Source: Escherichia coli O127:H6 str. E2348/69 (lineage in GTDB: Bacteria > Pseudomonadota > Gammaproteobacteria > Enterobacterales > Enterobacteriaceae). From it: DNA of 64,000 nucleotides. The position numbers were made by a program, and so were the translations under genes. Shown here one piece after another: positions 16,710-27,647 of this stretch (position 1 is its first letter; each line of letters begins with the position of its first letter). The stretch lies in NCBI RefSeq assembly GCF_000026545.1, contig NC_011601.1. The stretch is one strand, 5' to 3'. The notes under the pieces were generated by a model that made no database searches, was not told the DNA's origin, and was given only the letters and a program-made list of their open reading frames with translations.

Positions 16710-18848
16710 TTAACCTATCTGCCCATTTCCCAAATGTTTAACGCGGCGCTTAACTTCTTCCTGCTTACCAGCGTTAAACGGACGTGCATCCGGGCTACCT
16801 AAATATCCGCACACGCGGCGAGTCACCGACACACGGGAGGTGTCATGGTTACCACATTTCGGACAAGTGAAGCCTTTGCTGGTGCACTCAAATTCGCCGG
16901 TAAAGCCACACTCGTAGCATTCATCGATCGGTGTGTTGGTGCCGTAATACGGTACATGCTGATAGCTGTAATCCCAGACATCTTCCAGCGCCTTCAGGTT
17001 GTGCTGAATGTTTGGATACTCGCCATAGCAAATGAAGCCACCGTTCGCCAGTGGCGGGTAAGGCGCTTCAAAGTCGATCTTGTCGTACGGGTTCACCTTC
17101 TTCTCCACATCGAGGTGGAAACTGTTGGTGTAGTAACCTTTATCGGTCACGCCCGGCACCACGCCAAACTCAGCGGTATCGAGACGGCAGAAGCGGTCGC
17201 ACAGGTTCTCACTCGGCGTACTGTAGAGGCTGAAACCGTAGCCAGTTTCTTCTTTCCACTGCTCCACCGCCTGACGCAGACGCTCAACAATCGCAATACC
17301 TTTCGCGCGCAGCTGCTCGTTGTCGTAAACATGCTCGCCGCCGAACAGCGCGTTAATGGTTTCGTGGATGCCGATGTAACCCAGCGAAATAGACGCACGA
17401 CCGTTTTTGAAGATTTCAGAAACGTCGTCGTCAGCATTCAGACGCACGCCACAAGCGCCTTCCATATAGAGGATCGGGGCTACGCGCGCTTTCACGCCTT
17501 CGAGACGAGCGATACGGGTCATCAGTGCCTTACGTGCCAACACCAGACGTTCATCCAGCAGCTTCCAGAAGGTGGCTTCATCGCCTTTTGCTTCCAGAGC
17601 AATACGCGGCAGGTTCAGGCTGATCACGCCGAGGTTGTTACGACCATCGTGGATCTGCTCGCCGTTTTCATTTTCCCACACGCCGAGGAAGCTGCGGCAG
17701 CCCATCGGGGTTTTAAACGAACCGGTGACTTTCACTACCTGATCGTAGTTCAGGATATCCGGATACATGCGCTTGCTTGCGCACTCCAGCGCCAGCTGTT
17801 TGATGTCGTAGTTCGGATCGCCTTTTTTATGGTTCAGGCCATCGCGAATCGCAAACACCAGTTTCGGGAACACCGCCGTTTTACGGTTTTTACCGAGGCC
17901 GGCGATACGGTTACGCAGGATAGATTCCTGAATCAGGCGCGACTCCCAGCTGGTGCCCAGACCAAAACCAAAGGTCACAAACGGTGTTTGACCGTTGGCG
18001 GTGTGCAGGGTGTTTACTTCGTACTCCAGCGACTGGAAGGCATCGTAGCACTCTTTGATGGTACGAGAGTTAGCGTAGCCTTCGGCGTCCGGGATGCTCC
18101 ATTCTTCTGCGGTCTTGCGATGTTTGTTGTAGCTGGCGGTGACAAACGGTGCCAGCACTTCATCGATACGGTTAATGGTGGTGCCGCCATAAATATGGCT
18201 GGCGACCTGAGCAATAATCTGCGCAGTTACCGCGGTTGCCGTAGAGATCGATTTCGGCGGTTCAATCTCGGCGTTCCCCATTTTAAAGCCCTGGGTCAGC
18301 ATGCCTTTCAGGTCGATCAACATGCAGTTGAACATCGGGAAGAACGGTGAGTAATCGAGATCGTGATAGTGAATATCACCACGTTCATGTGCCTGCACCA
18401 CGTCACGCGGCAGCAGGTGCTGGCGTGCATAGTGTTTAGCCACGATCCCGGCCAGCAGGTCGCGCTGGGTTGGAATCACCTTGCTGTCTTTGTTGGCGTT
18501 TTCGTTGAGTAACGAGGAGTTGGTCTGCTCGACCAGACCACGGATCTCCTGGTTCAGGCGACCGCGTTTTTCACGTTCAATGTCGCGATCGTGACGGTAC
18601 TCGATGTAAGCACGAGCCAGTTGTTTGTATGGCCCCGACATCAGCTGGTTTTCAACTGCGGTCTGGATCTCATTGATATCCACCTGGTTGCGGCCCTGCA
18701 TCTGCTCGCTGACAACCGCAGCAACAGTGGCGCAATAATCGTCATCATCGACTTCCGCTGCTTTAGCTGCACGCAGAATCGCTTCTTTGATGCGCTCTGA
18801 TTTAAACGGCACTTTGCAGCCGTCTCGTTTCATCACATGCGGTGTCAT
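16710..18848 (-). CDS. nrdD: Anaerobic ribonucleoside-triphosphate reductase
   Basis: 712 aa; C-terminal glycyl-radical motif (RVCGYLG) and zinc-ribbon cysteines. Confidence 0.95.
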   Translation of the reverse strand: MTPHVMKRDGCKVPFKSERIKEAILRAAKAAEVDDDDYCATVAAVVSEQMQGRNQVDINEIQTAVENQLMSGPYKQLARAYIEYRHDRDIEREKRGRLNQEIRGLVEQTNSSLLNENANKDSKVIPTQRDLLAGIVAKHYARQHLLPRDVVQAHERGDIHYHDLDYSPFFPMFNCMLIDLKGMLTQGFKMGNAEIEPPKSISTATAVTAQIIAQVASHIYGGTTINRIDEVLAPFVTASYNKHRKTAEEWSIPDAEGYANSRTIKECYDAFQSLEYEVNTLHTANGQTPFVTFGFGLGTSWESRLIQESILRNRIAGLGKNRKTAVFPKLVFAIRDGLNHKKGDPNYDIKQLALECASKRMYPDILNYDQVVKVTGSFKTPMGCRSFLGVWENENGEQIHDGRNNLGVISLNLPRIALEAKGDEATFWKLLDERLVLARKALMTRIARLEGVKARVAPILYMEGACGVRLNADDDVSEIFKNGRASISLGYIGIHETINALFGGEHVYDNEQLRAKGIAIVERLRQAVEQWKEETGYGFSLYSTPSENLCDRFCRLDTAEFGVVPGVTDKGYYTNSFHLDVEKKVNPYDKIDFEAPYPPLANGGFICYGEYPNIQHNLKALEDVWDYSYQHVPYYGTNTPIDECYECGFTGEFECTSKGFTCPKCGNHDTSRVSVTRRVCGYLGSPDARPFNAGKQEEVKRRVKHLGNGQIG

Positions 18849-19241
18849 GATCGCTCCATATTTTTAAGAACAGGTTATCCACAGAAATTGGGAAAGGCGT
18901 TTTCCGGTTTTTTCGTTTCGTTTTCCGGTGCTTTCCGCAATCGCCATCCGCTTATCCACAACGTCGCACCTTTTTCGTGGGGAGCTGTAGTAGCAATTAT
19001 AGTCGATTAATACAACATATTGGGTTGGGACGCATTTTAAAGTCTATATATAGTGCTTTGCATCAAGGATGTTTGAACTTTTTTTGATGTAGCTCAAAGT
19101 AAAAAGCAGAGCGTACGGATGACGGGCGCTACAGCGATATGTAAATTTTTTAATGAATTTTTTGATTATAAAATCAACAAAAACAACATACTGACAGGCA
19201 AAACCCCGGAATGACAGGCATTACCGGGGCTTAGCGAAGAT

Positions 19242-20897
19242 TTACTTCTGTAACCACCAGACAGCCTCAAAAGGCCGTAAAGTCATGGTACAGGGTTGTG
19301 GTGAGGCTTCTTCGTAGTTATGCATCACAAGCTGCCAGTTGCCGAGCATTTTCCCTGGCTGCCAGGGTTGGGTCTCACGGCTAAGGTTGGCAATGACCAG
19401 CAAGGTTTGCCCCTTCCACTCACGGCGATAGCACCACAATACAGGGCTATTTGGCAGCAGATCCTGGTAATCGCCCCATGTCAGGACGGCTTCTTGCTTA
19501 CGCAGTGCGATTAACTTTTGGTAGGTGTAAAACACCGAGGACTCATCGGCCAGCGCTGCTTCTACGTTGATTTCCTGATAGTTATCGCCCAGGCCAATCC
19601 ACGGTTCGCCAGCCGTAAACCCGGCATTATCGCCGTTGGTCCATTGCATGGGCGTGCGACTGTTGTCACGGGATTTACTGGCGAGGATTGCCAATAACTC
19701 GTCGGCATCACGCCCATCGTTGCGCAGCTCGGCAAACATATTGAGGCTCTCCACGTCGCGATAGTCAGTAATGCGCGTGAAATGTGGGTTGGTCATGCCA
19801 ATCTCTTCGCCCTGGTAGATATACGGCGTTCCCTGCATGCCATGCAGCACCATCGCCAGCATTTTTGCCGCAGGCACGCGGTATTCACCTTCATCACCAA
19901 AGCGAGAAACAATGCGCGGCTGATCGTGGTTACACCAGAACAAGGCATTCCATGCCACGTTGTGCATTCCTTGTTGCCAGTGGCGGAACAATGTTTTCAA
20001 CGCCACAAAGTCAGGTTTAGCCAGCGTCCATTTTTCACCACCGGGATAATCGACCTTCAGGTGATGAAAATTAAAGGTCATCGACAATTCACTGCCTGTC
20101 AGTGCCGCGTATCGCTGGCAATGCTCAAGGCTGGTGGAGGACATTTCACCTACGGTCATTAACCCGCGTGGCGTAAACACATCGCGGTTCATCTCGTGCA
20201 AAAACTCGTGTGCTCGTGGCCCGTCGGTGTAGAAGCGACGCCCATCGCCATCCAGGTCTTCAGGGTAACGCGGGTCTTTGGAGATCAGATTCACCACATC
20301 TAGGCGCAACCCGTCGACCCCACGATCGGCCCAGAACTCACAGACTTTTTTCAGCTCTGCGCGTACCGCTGGATTCTCCCAGTTGAGATCCGCCTGTTCT
20401 GGTGCAAAGAGATGCAAATAGTACTGTTCGCTTTCTGCATGCCAGCGCCACGCACTACCACCGAATTTTGAACGCCAGTTGTTCGGTGGCGTTTCTGGTT
20501 CTCCATCGCGCCAGATATAAAACTGGCGGTAAGGGCTTTCTTTGTTCAGCGCCTCGCGAAACCAGGCATGTTGGGTAGAGGTATGGTTAAACACCATATC
20601 GAGAATGATACGAATCCCGCGCGATTTTGCCTGTGTCACCAGTTCGTCAAAATCGTCCAGCGTGCCATAGGTGGGATCAATCGCCGTATAATTCGCTACG
20701 TCGTAACCGTTATCGACCTGGGGAGAGACATAAAAGGGGGTTAGCCAGATGGCATCAACGCCCAGTTTATGCAGATAGTCCAGGCGTTGGATAACGCCAC
20801 GTAAATCGCCGGTGCCGCTACCCGTGGTGTCCTGAAAACTCTTTGGATAAATCTGGTAGATAACGCCGTTTTGCCACCAGTGGGGAAGATGAGTCAT
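19242..20897 (-). CDS. treC: Trehalose-6-phosphate hydrolase
   Basis: 551 aa from MTHLPHWWQNGVIYQIYPKSF (GH13); the track ORF is extended upstream. Confidence 0.93.
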   Translation of the reverse strand: MTHLPHWWQNGVIYQIYPKSFQDTTGSGTGDLRGVIQRLDYLHKLGVDAIWLTPFYVSPQVDNGYDVANYTAIDPTYGTLDDFDELVTQAKSRGIRIILDMVFNHTSTQHAWFREALNKESPYRQFYIWRDGEPETPPNNWRSKFGGSAWRWHAESEQYYLHLFAPEQADLNWENPAVRAELKKVCEFWADRGVDGLRLDVVNLISKDPRYPEDLDGDGRRFYTDGPRAHEFLHEMNRDVFTPRGLMTVGEMSSTSLEHCQRYAALTGSELSMTFNFHHLKVDYPGGEKWTLAKPDFVALKTLFRHWQQGMHNVAWNALFWCNHDQPRIVSRFGDEGEYRVPAAKMLAMVLHGMQGTPYIYQGEEIGMTNPHFTRITDYRDVESLNMFAELRNDGRDADELLAILASKSRDNSRTPMQWTNGDNAGFTAGEPWIGLGDNYQEINVEAALADESSVFYTYQKLIALRKQEAVLTWGDYQDLLPNSPVLWCYRREWKGQTLLVIANLSRETQPWQPGKMLGNWQLVMHNYEEASPQPCTMTLRPFEAVWWLQK

Positions 20898-20946
20898 TAC
20901 GTTATTCCTGCAAATGCGAGGGGGCGCAATTGCGCCCCGAAGAAAA

Positions 20947-22368
20947 TTAAACAATGTCCAGCGTGCCCAGGCGGTATTTCCGCTGATAGATAAACGAGGT
21001 GAGTACAATCGGGATGATGATGGCGATAGCCATTGCCAGCGCAAACACCTGCCAGTAGCTCGGTTGAATCGAGAGAATTCCCGGCAGGCCGCCTACGCCG
21101 ATGCCATTCGCCATAACGCCGTTCAGGCCGCATAGCAATCCTGCCAGACCAGAACCAATCATCGCGCACAGCATCGGGAAGCGATATTTCAGGTTGATGC
21201 CGTACATTGCAGGCTCAGTGACCCCAAGCCAGGCGGAGATAGCGGCAGGCACGGAGATCTCGCGTTCATTGGGCTTGCGGCTGGAAATGATAATACCTAT
21301 CACGGCGGAGCCCTGAGCGATATTCGACAGTGCAATCAGCGGCCACACTGGCGTGCCACCCATGCTTTGAATCATCTGCAAATCAATAGCAAGCGTGGTC
21401 TGGTGTACGCCGGTGATCACCAGTGGGGCGTACAGGAAGCCAAACAATGCCGCGCCAATCGGAGCAAAGCTGCCGGTCATCAGGTGACGTACCGCAAAGG
21501 CAACGCCATCGCCAATCATGCGACCAAACGGACCAATCAGCGCATGGGCGAGGAACACCGCGAGGATCAGCGAACAGACGGGCACCACCACCAGATAGAG
21601 GTAATCCGGCACGATGCGTTTAAGGCGAGTTTCAATAACGCCCAGCGCCAGCCCGGCTAACAGTGCCGGGATCACCTGCGCCTGATAGCCCACTTTGGCG
21701 ATGCTGAACATGCCAAAGTCCCACACTTCCGGCAGCTGCTGCCCGAGCAGATAAGCGTTCATCAGCTGTGGAGAAACCAGCGTTACGCCAAGCACGATAC
21801 CAAGGATCGGCGTGCCGCCCATTTTTTTCACCGCTGACCAGCAAATCCCGACCGGCAGGTAGAAGAAAATCGCTTCACCGATCAACCACAGAAAATCGTA
21901 GATCGTTTGCAGGGAAGGGTACATTTGCGCCAGCGTCTGACCGTTGCTCATGGGCAAATCGCCGATCACATTGCGAAAACCGAGGATCAAACCGCCGCTA
22001 ATCAGCGCGGGCAGCAACGGGAAGAAAATCTCCGCGAAATGAGAGATCAACTGCTCATGCCATTTCATATTCTGCCGTGCGGCTTTTTTTACCTGCTCTT
22101 TATCAACCTGCGCCTGTCCGGTTGACGCAATCAGTGCTTGATAGTAATCACCCACGTTGGTGCCAATCACCACCTGAAATTGCCCGGCATTGGTGAAACA
22201 GCCTTTCACCATGGGGAGTTGCTCAATTTCTTTCGGTCTGGCATTGGCCGGTTGGTTGAGGACAAAGCGCAGGCGAGTAATACAGTGGCTCACCGTCGCA
22301 ATATTGCCGCGCCCGCCGACCAGTTCAATCAACCGATCGATATCCGTTTGGTTTATTTTGCTCATCAT
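20947..22368 (-). CDS. treB: PTS trehalose-specific EIIBC component
   Basis: 473 aa; N-terminal EIIB cysteine motif then polytopic EIIC. Confidence 0.93.
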   Translation of the reverse strand: MMSKINQTDIDRLIELVGGRGNIATVSHCITRLRFVLNQPANARPKEIEQLPMVKGCFTNAGQFQVVIGTNVGDYYQALIASTGQAQVDKEQVKKAARQNMKWHEQLISHFAEIFFPLLPALISGGLILGFRNVIGDLPMSNGQTLAQMYPSLQTIYDFLWLIGEAIFFYLPVGICWSAVKKMGGTPILGIVLGVTLVSPQLMNAYLLGQQLPEVWDFGMFSIAKVGYQAQVIPALLAGLALGVIETRLKRIVPDYLYLVVVPVCSLILAVFLAHALIGPFGRMIGDGVAFAVRHLMTGSFAPIGAALFGFLYAPLVITGVHQTTLAIDLQMIQSMGGTPVWPLIALSNIAQGSAVIGIIISSRKPNEREISVPAAISAWLGVTEPAMYGINLKYRFPMLCAMIGSGLAGLLCGLNGVMANGIGVGGLPGILSIQPSYWQVFALAMAIAIIIPIVLTSFIYQRKYRLGTLDIV

Positions 22369-22486
22369 AAAGCCCCATGGCAGATGACATTTTTGGTTGG
22401 CTGCAGAATATATTGCGCGGAAAAATTTAAAAACGGGAACGTTCCCGAAACACAGCGAAGATCACAATTTATCGTTCGGAAAACGA

Positions 22487-23434
22487 TCAGGACAGGGTGG
22501 CGGGGATGATGATTTGTTGCGGTTCGCTGCGCCCGGTTACCTGCGCGATCAACTGGCAGGCCGCCTGGCGTCCAGCTTCGGCGTAACCGGGATCTACGGT
22601 GACGATCTCCGGATGGAGGAATTTCATTAACGGTGTATTACCGACGCTCGCCAGTTGCAAGGTGTCGATGCGTTGCTCTTGCAGGTATTTACTTGCGCCA
22701 AGTGCCAGCGTGTCGGTTGCGCACAGTAACGCGGTAGTTTCAGGCGTAATCACTTTTGCTACGTTCTCATAGCCTTGCTTCATAGCAAGCCCTGGCAGAG
22801 CGGCAACGGGATGCAATTTATGCGTTTTGCAGAACGCAAGGTAGGCTTCGTGACGTCGCTTACCGGTTGTCACGTCACTATGCGGCACGCCGAGATAGCT
22901 GATATTACGATGTCCCTGGTCATACAGCCGTTGCATCAGGATCTTGATTGCCCCTTCGTCGTCATAACAGACCGAAGCAAAGCCTTTTGCGTCACGCGCC
23001 AGCAGAACCAGCGATGACTGCCAGTGGGCTAACATTTCTTCTGTTATGCCGGTAAAACCGAACAGCACTACGCCGTCGATATTACGCCGTTTCAGCACCC
23101 CCAAATGTTCGGCAACTAATTGTGGGGAAAACTGACTTTCCATCATGATTGGATCGTAACCTTGTTCATAGAACGCTGGCAGCATGGTTTGAACGGCGAG
23201 ATTTTCTGACAACGAATCCAGACGGGTAACAATGATGGCGACCACTTTATCGCTTTGCCCACGCATAGCGCGCGCGGAGCGGGAAGGGGAAAATCCATGC
23301 TGATTCATCACTGCTTCAACACGCTCGCGCGTGCGCTGGCTCACGCCGCTTTCGTTATTCAGCACCCGGGAAACCGTAGATTTCCCCACGCCGCTTAAGC
23401 GCGCGATGTCTTTGATGGTCAGCCGATTTTGCAT
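22487..23434 (-). CDS. treR: Trehalose operon repressor (LacI family)
   Basis: 315 aa; N-terminal HTH LTIKDIARLSGVGKSTVSRVLNN. Confidence 0.93.
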   Translation of the reverse strand: MQNRLTIKDIARLSGVGKSTVSRVLNNESGVSQRTRERVEAVMNQHGFSPSRSARAMRGQSDKVVAIIVTRLDSLSENLAVQTMLPAFYEQGYDPIMMESQFSPQLVAEHLGVLKRRNIDGVVLFGFTGITEEMLAHWQSSLVLLARDAKGFASVCYDDEGAIKILMQRLYDQGHRNISYLGVPHSDVTTGKRRHEAYLAFCKTHKLHPVAALPGLAMKQGYENVAKVITPETTALLCATDTLALGASKYLQEQRIDTLQLASVGNTPLMKFLHPEIVTVDPGYAEAGRQAACQLIAQVTGRSEPQQIIIPATLS

Positions 23435-23459
23435 CCTGTTGTCCCATAACGTGTTGTTT

Positions 23460-23812
23460 AATTATTTGAGCCTAACTTTACCTGTGCATTCAGCAATGGG
23501 TAAAGTCTGGTTTATCGTTGGTTTAGTTGCCAGCAGGTATTATATCGCCATAAATGCTACGAATATTATTGGATTCTCCTTATTATTTGCGGCGCTTTTT
23601 TCACTTACCGGAGGTTATATGGAACCTGATCCCACGCCTCTCCCTCGACGGAGATTAAAACTTTTCCGGTAAGCCCGTCTTTTCGCGGCGTTACCGGATG
23701 CGTAAGGCCGTGACGTTTTAACGTCCCTGCTCAGCTTTATTACCTTCAGGTAAGGCTTCGCCACGCCTGAAGACATTTCTGTACTGTTTCAGACAGTGCG
23801 GAGGGACTCCTT
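23460..23812 (+). promoter_or_regulatory. mgtA 5' leader (Mg2+- and proline-responsive leader containing mgtL)
   Basis: Long untranslated leader before mgtA containing the proline-rich mgtL short ORF; assignment from established E. coli/Salmonella knowledge. Confidence 0.7.
23619..23672 (+). CDS. mgtL: mgtA leader peptide MgtL (17 aa, [17 protein letters not shown])
   Basis: Exact short ORF read from the sequence upstream of mgtA. Confidence 0.85.
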
Positions 23813-26509
23813 ATGTTTAAAGAAATTTTTACCCGGTTCATTCGCCATTTACCTTCCCGTCTGGTTCATCGTGATCCATTGCCTGGCGCGCAGCAGACAG
23901 TGAATGCGGCGGTCCCGCCTTCTTTAAGTGCGCATTGCCTGAAAATGGCGGTGATGCCCGAAGAAGAATTGTGGAAAACGTTCGACACCCATCCGGAAGG
24001 GTTAAATCTGGCGGAAGTGGAATCTGCCCGCGAACAACATGGTGAAAATAAATTACCCGCACAACAACCGTCGCCGTGGTGGGTACATTTATGGGTCTGC
24101 TATCGCAACCCCTTTAATATTTTGCTTACCATTCTCGGTGCTATTTCTTACGCCACGGAAGATTTATTTGCCGCAGGTGTTATCGCGCTAATGGTCGCTA
24201 TTTCTACGTTGCTGAACTTTATTCAGGAAGCTCGTTCCACCAAAGCGGCAGATGCCCTGAAAGCGATGGTCAGTAATACCGCGACGGTACTGCGCGTAAT
24301 TAACGATAAAGGTGAAAATGGCTGGCTGGAAATCCCGATAGACCAACTGGTGCCCGGCGATATTATAAAACTGGCGGCGGGGGATATGATCCCGGCAGAT
24401 TTACGTATCTTGCAGGCGCGGGATCTGTTTGTCGCTCAGGCGTCGTTAACCGGTGAGTCTCTGCCCGTAGAAAAAGCCGCTACCACTCGCCAGCCGGAGC
24501 ACAGTAATCCGCTGGAGTGCGACACCCTGTGTTTTATGGGCACCACCGTGGTGAGCGGCACGGCACAAGCAATGGTGATTGCCACAGGTGCCAATACCTG
24601 GTTTGGTCAACTGGCGGGTCGTGTTAGTGAGCAGGAAAGCGAGCCGAATGCCTTTCAGCAAGGGATTAGCCGCGTCAGTATGCTGCTGATTCGCTTTATG
24701 CTGGTGATGGCTCCGGTGGTGTTGCTTATCAACGGTTACACCAAAGGTGACTGGTGGGAAGCTGCACTGTTTGCGCTTTCGGTCGCGGTAGGTTTAACGC
24801 CAGAAATGTTGCCGATGATTGTTACCTCGACGCTGGCGCGTGGCGCAGTCAAGTTGTCGAAACAGAAAGTGATCGTCAAACATCTGGATGCCATTCAGAA
24901 CTTTGGCGCAATGGATATTCTGTGCACTGATAAAACCGGCACCCTGACACAGGATAAAATTGTGCTGGAGAATCATACCGATATCTCCGGTAAAACTAGC
25001 GAACGCGTGCTGCATAGCGCGTGGTTGAACAGTCATTACCAGACCGGGCTTAAAAACCTGCTTGATACAGCGGTGCTCGAAGGTACGGATGAAGAGTCAG
25101 CGCGCTCGCTGGCCAGCCGTTGGCAAAAAATTGATGAGATTCCGTTTGATTTCGAGCGTCGTCGGATGTCGGTGGTTGTGGCAGAAAATACCGAACACCA
25201 TCAGTTGGTTTGCAAAGGTGCATTGCAGGAAATCCTCAATGTGTGTTCGCAAGTGCGTCACAATGGCGAGATTGTACCGCTCGATGACACCATGCTGCGT
25301 AAGATTAAGCGGGTTACTGATACGCTGAATCGTCAGGGGCTGCGCGTGGTTGCGGTGGCGACGAAATACCTGCCAGCGCGTGAAGGAGATTACCAGCGGG
25401 CGGATGAATCCGACCTGATCCTCGAAGGATATATTGCTTTCCTTGATCCGCCAAAAGAGACAACCGCTCCGGCACTGAAGGCATTAAAAGCGAGTGGAAT
25501 TACCGTAAAAATCCTTACTGGCGACAGTGAGTTGGTTGCAGCGAAAGTGTGCCATGAAGTGGGGCTGGACGCGGGAGAGGTGGTCATTGGTAGTGATATT
25601 GAAACGCTATCTGACGACGAACTGGCAAATCTCGCACAGCGCACCACGCTGTTTGCTCGCCTGACGCCGATGCATAAAGAACGCATTGTGACCTTACTGA
25701 AGCGCGAAGGGCATGTGGTTGGCTTTATGGGCGATGGTATAAATGATGCGCCCGCCTTACGTGCTGCGGATATCGGCATTTCTGTGGACGGCGCGGTAGA
25801 TATTGCCCGTGAAGCGGCTGATATCATCCTGCTGGAAAAAAGCCTGATGGTGCTGGAAGAGGGGGTTATTGAGGGACGTCGCACTTTCGCCAACATGCTG
25901 AAATACATCAAAATGACGGCGAGCTCTAACTTCGGTAATGTGTTCAGCGTGCTGGTGGCGAGTGCTTTCTTGCCCTTCCTGCCGATGTTGCCGTTACACT
26001 TGCTTATTCAGAACCTGCTGTACGATGTGTCACAGGTGGCGATCCCGTTTGATAACGTCGACGACGAGCAAATTCAAAAGCCGCAGCGTTGGAATCCGGC
26101 GGATCTGGGGCGCTTTATGGTCTTCTTCGGACCGATCAGCTCGATTTTCGATATTCTGACGTTTTGCCTGATGTGGTGGGTATTCCATGCCAACACGCCG
26201 GAAACGCAAACGCTGTTCCAGTCGGGCTGGTTTGTGGTGGGCTTACTGTCGCAAACGCTGATTGTGCATATGATCCGCACCCGTCGTGTACCGTTTATTC
26301 AGAGCTGTGCATCGTGGCCGTTAATGATCATGACCGTGATCGTGATGATTGTCGGGATCGCATTGCCGTTTTCACCGCTGGCCAGTTATCTGCAGCTGCA
26401 GGCGCTGCCGTTAAGCTATTTCCCGTGGCTGGTTGCGATTCTGGCAGGGTATATGACGTTAACCCAGTTGGTGAAAGGGTTCTATAGCCGTCGTTACGGC
26501 TGGCAGTAA
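23813..26509 (+). CDS. mgtA: Mg2+-importing P-type ATPase
   Basis: 898 aa; P-type motifs DKTGTLT and GDGINDAPAL. Confidence 0.96.
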   Translation: MFKEIFTRFIRHLPSRLVHRDPLPGAQQTVNAAVPPSLSAHCLKMAVMPEEELWKTFDTHPEGLNLAEVESAREQHGENKLPAQQPSPWWVHLWVCYRNPFNILLTILGAISYATEDLFAAGVIALMVAISTLLNFIQEARSTKAADALKAMVSNTATVLRVINDKGENGWLEIPIDQLVPGDIIKLAAGDMIPADLRILQARDLFVAQASLTGESLPVEKAATTRQPEHSNPLECDTLCFMGTTVVSGTAQAMVIATGANTWFGQLAGRVSEQESEPNAFQQGISRVSMLLIRFMLVMAPVVLLINGYTKGDWWEAALFALSVAVGLTPEMLPMIVTSTLARGAVKLSKQKVIVKHLDAIQNFGAMDILCTDKTGTLTQDKIVLENHTDISGKTSERVLHSAWLNSHYQTGLKNLLDTAVLEGTDEESARSLASRWQKIDEIPFDFERRRMSVVVAENTEHHQLVCKGALQEILNVCSQVRHNGEIVPLDDTMLRKIKRVTDTLNRQGLRVVAVATKYLPAREGDYQRADESDLILEGYIAFLDPPKETTAPALKALKASGITVKILTGDSELVAAKVCHEVGLDAGEVVIGSDIETLSDDELANLAQRTTLFARLTPMHKERIVTLLKREGHVVGFMGDGINDAPALRAADIGISVDGAVDIAREAADIILLEKSLMVLEEGVIEGRRTFANMLKYIKMTASSNFGNVFSVLVASAFLPFLPMLPLHLLIQNLLYDVSQVAIPFDNVDDEQIQKPQRWNPADLGRFMVFFGPISSIFDILTFCLMWWVFHANTPETQTLFQSGWFVVGLLSQTLIVHMIRTRRVPFIQSCASWPLMIMTVIVMIVGIALPFSPLASYLQLQALPLSYFPWLVAILAGYMTLTQLVKGFYSRRYGWQ

Positions 26510-26559
26510 AGAATAAACTGGGCATGGTGGCCCGGATTCAGATTGCAGACAAAGTGAGC

Positions 26560-26660
26560 TTTGTTCATGCCGGATGCGGCGTAAACGCCCAATCCGGCCT
26601 ACAAATTAAATAAATTGCAGGAATCACGTAGGCCTGATAAGCGTAGCGCATCAGGCGATT
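26560..26660. repeat. REP/BIME element cluster
   Basis: gccggatgcggcgtaaacgcc and aggcctgataagcg motifs. Confidence 0.75.
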
Positions 26661-26714
26661 TTGCTTTTGTCATCAGACTTAATCCGGGCATGATAGCCCG
26701 GATTTCCGTCAAGA

Positions 26715-27101
26715 TTAGCGACGAACAGCGATCGCTTCGATCTCAATCTTCACGTCTTTCGGCAGACGGGCAACTTCAACGCAAGAACGTGCCGGGAAGG
26801 TGGCATTGTGTTCGGTGAAGAAGGCTTCGTAGGTAGCATTAACGGTTGCGAAGTCGTTCAGATCTTTCACAAACACGGTAGTTTTAACGATGTCGCCCAC
26901 TTTCAGGCCAGCGGCTTCGACGATCGCTTTTACGTTATCCAGCGACTGACGTGCCTGTGCAGCGACATCTGCCGGGACTTCGCCCGTTTTCGGATTTACC
27001 GGGATCTGACCGGAGGTGATGATCATATTGCCCAGATCAACGCCCTGTACGTAAGGACCGATAGCTGCCGGTGCATTTTCCGTCGCGATAGTTTTGCTCA
27101 T
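26715..27101 (-). CDS. ridA: 2-iminobutanoate/2-iminopropanoate deaminase RidA
   Basis: 128 aa from MSKTIATENAPAAIGPYVQG (YjgF/TdcF family); the track ORF is extended upstream. Confidence 0.92.
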   Translation of the reverse strand: MSKTIATENAPAAIGPYVQGVDLGNMIITSGQIPVNPKTGEVPADVAAQARQSLDNVKAIVEAAGLKVGDIVKTTVFVKDLNDFATVNATYEAFFTEHNATFPARSCVEVARLPKDVKIEIEAIAVRR

Positions 27102-27173
27102 GATTTCTCCTTTATTACAGCGGTAAAAAGTCTGGCTCATTATAGGGAGCCAGACTTTTATTACCAACCGCAA

Positions 27174-27635
27174 TTAATTGGCCAGCACCACATTATGGGA
27201 AAACTCTTTTTCACAGTATTTGCATTTGAGCGCGATGTCATTGGCGCGTTTTCGCACGGCAAAGCTGGATGAAACCGGTTCGGCATGGCTGATACAGTTG
27301 CTGTTCGGGCAGACCAGCACATTGTCGATGCGCTCCGGCAGACTTGGGCGCGATTTACCCACCACTTCATAGTTGTCGATACGGTTAACCGTGGCTTGCG
27401 GTGCATACAATGCCAGTTGGTCTACTTGATCTTCACTCAAAAAGGTATTTTCGATTTTGATCAGATCTTTGCGGCCCATCTCGCCAGAAGGCAAATTCAG
27501 ACCAATGGTGATCCGCTGATCCGTTTCGGTCAGCTTGAACAGACTCAATAGTTTAAAACCGATCTGGGCGGGGATATGGTCAATTACCGTGCCGCGTTTA
27601 ATAGCTTCAACCTGCAATTTATTATCGTGTGTCAT
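27174..27635 (-). CDS. pyrI: Aspartate carbamoyltransferase regulatory subunit
   Basis: 153 aa; zinc-binding cysteine cluster; directly downstream of pyrB. Confidence 0.95.
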
Positions 27636-27647
27636 CTCTATTTCCCC

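Noticed and set aside
16845..18350. 501-aa ORF on the plus strand antisense to nrdD
   Set aside because: Overlaps the well-conserved nrdD coding sequence on the opposite strand; His/Arg-rich low-complexity translation typical of an antisense frame
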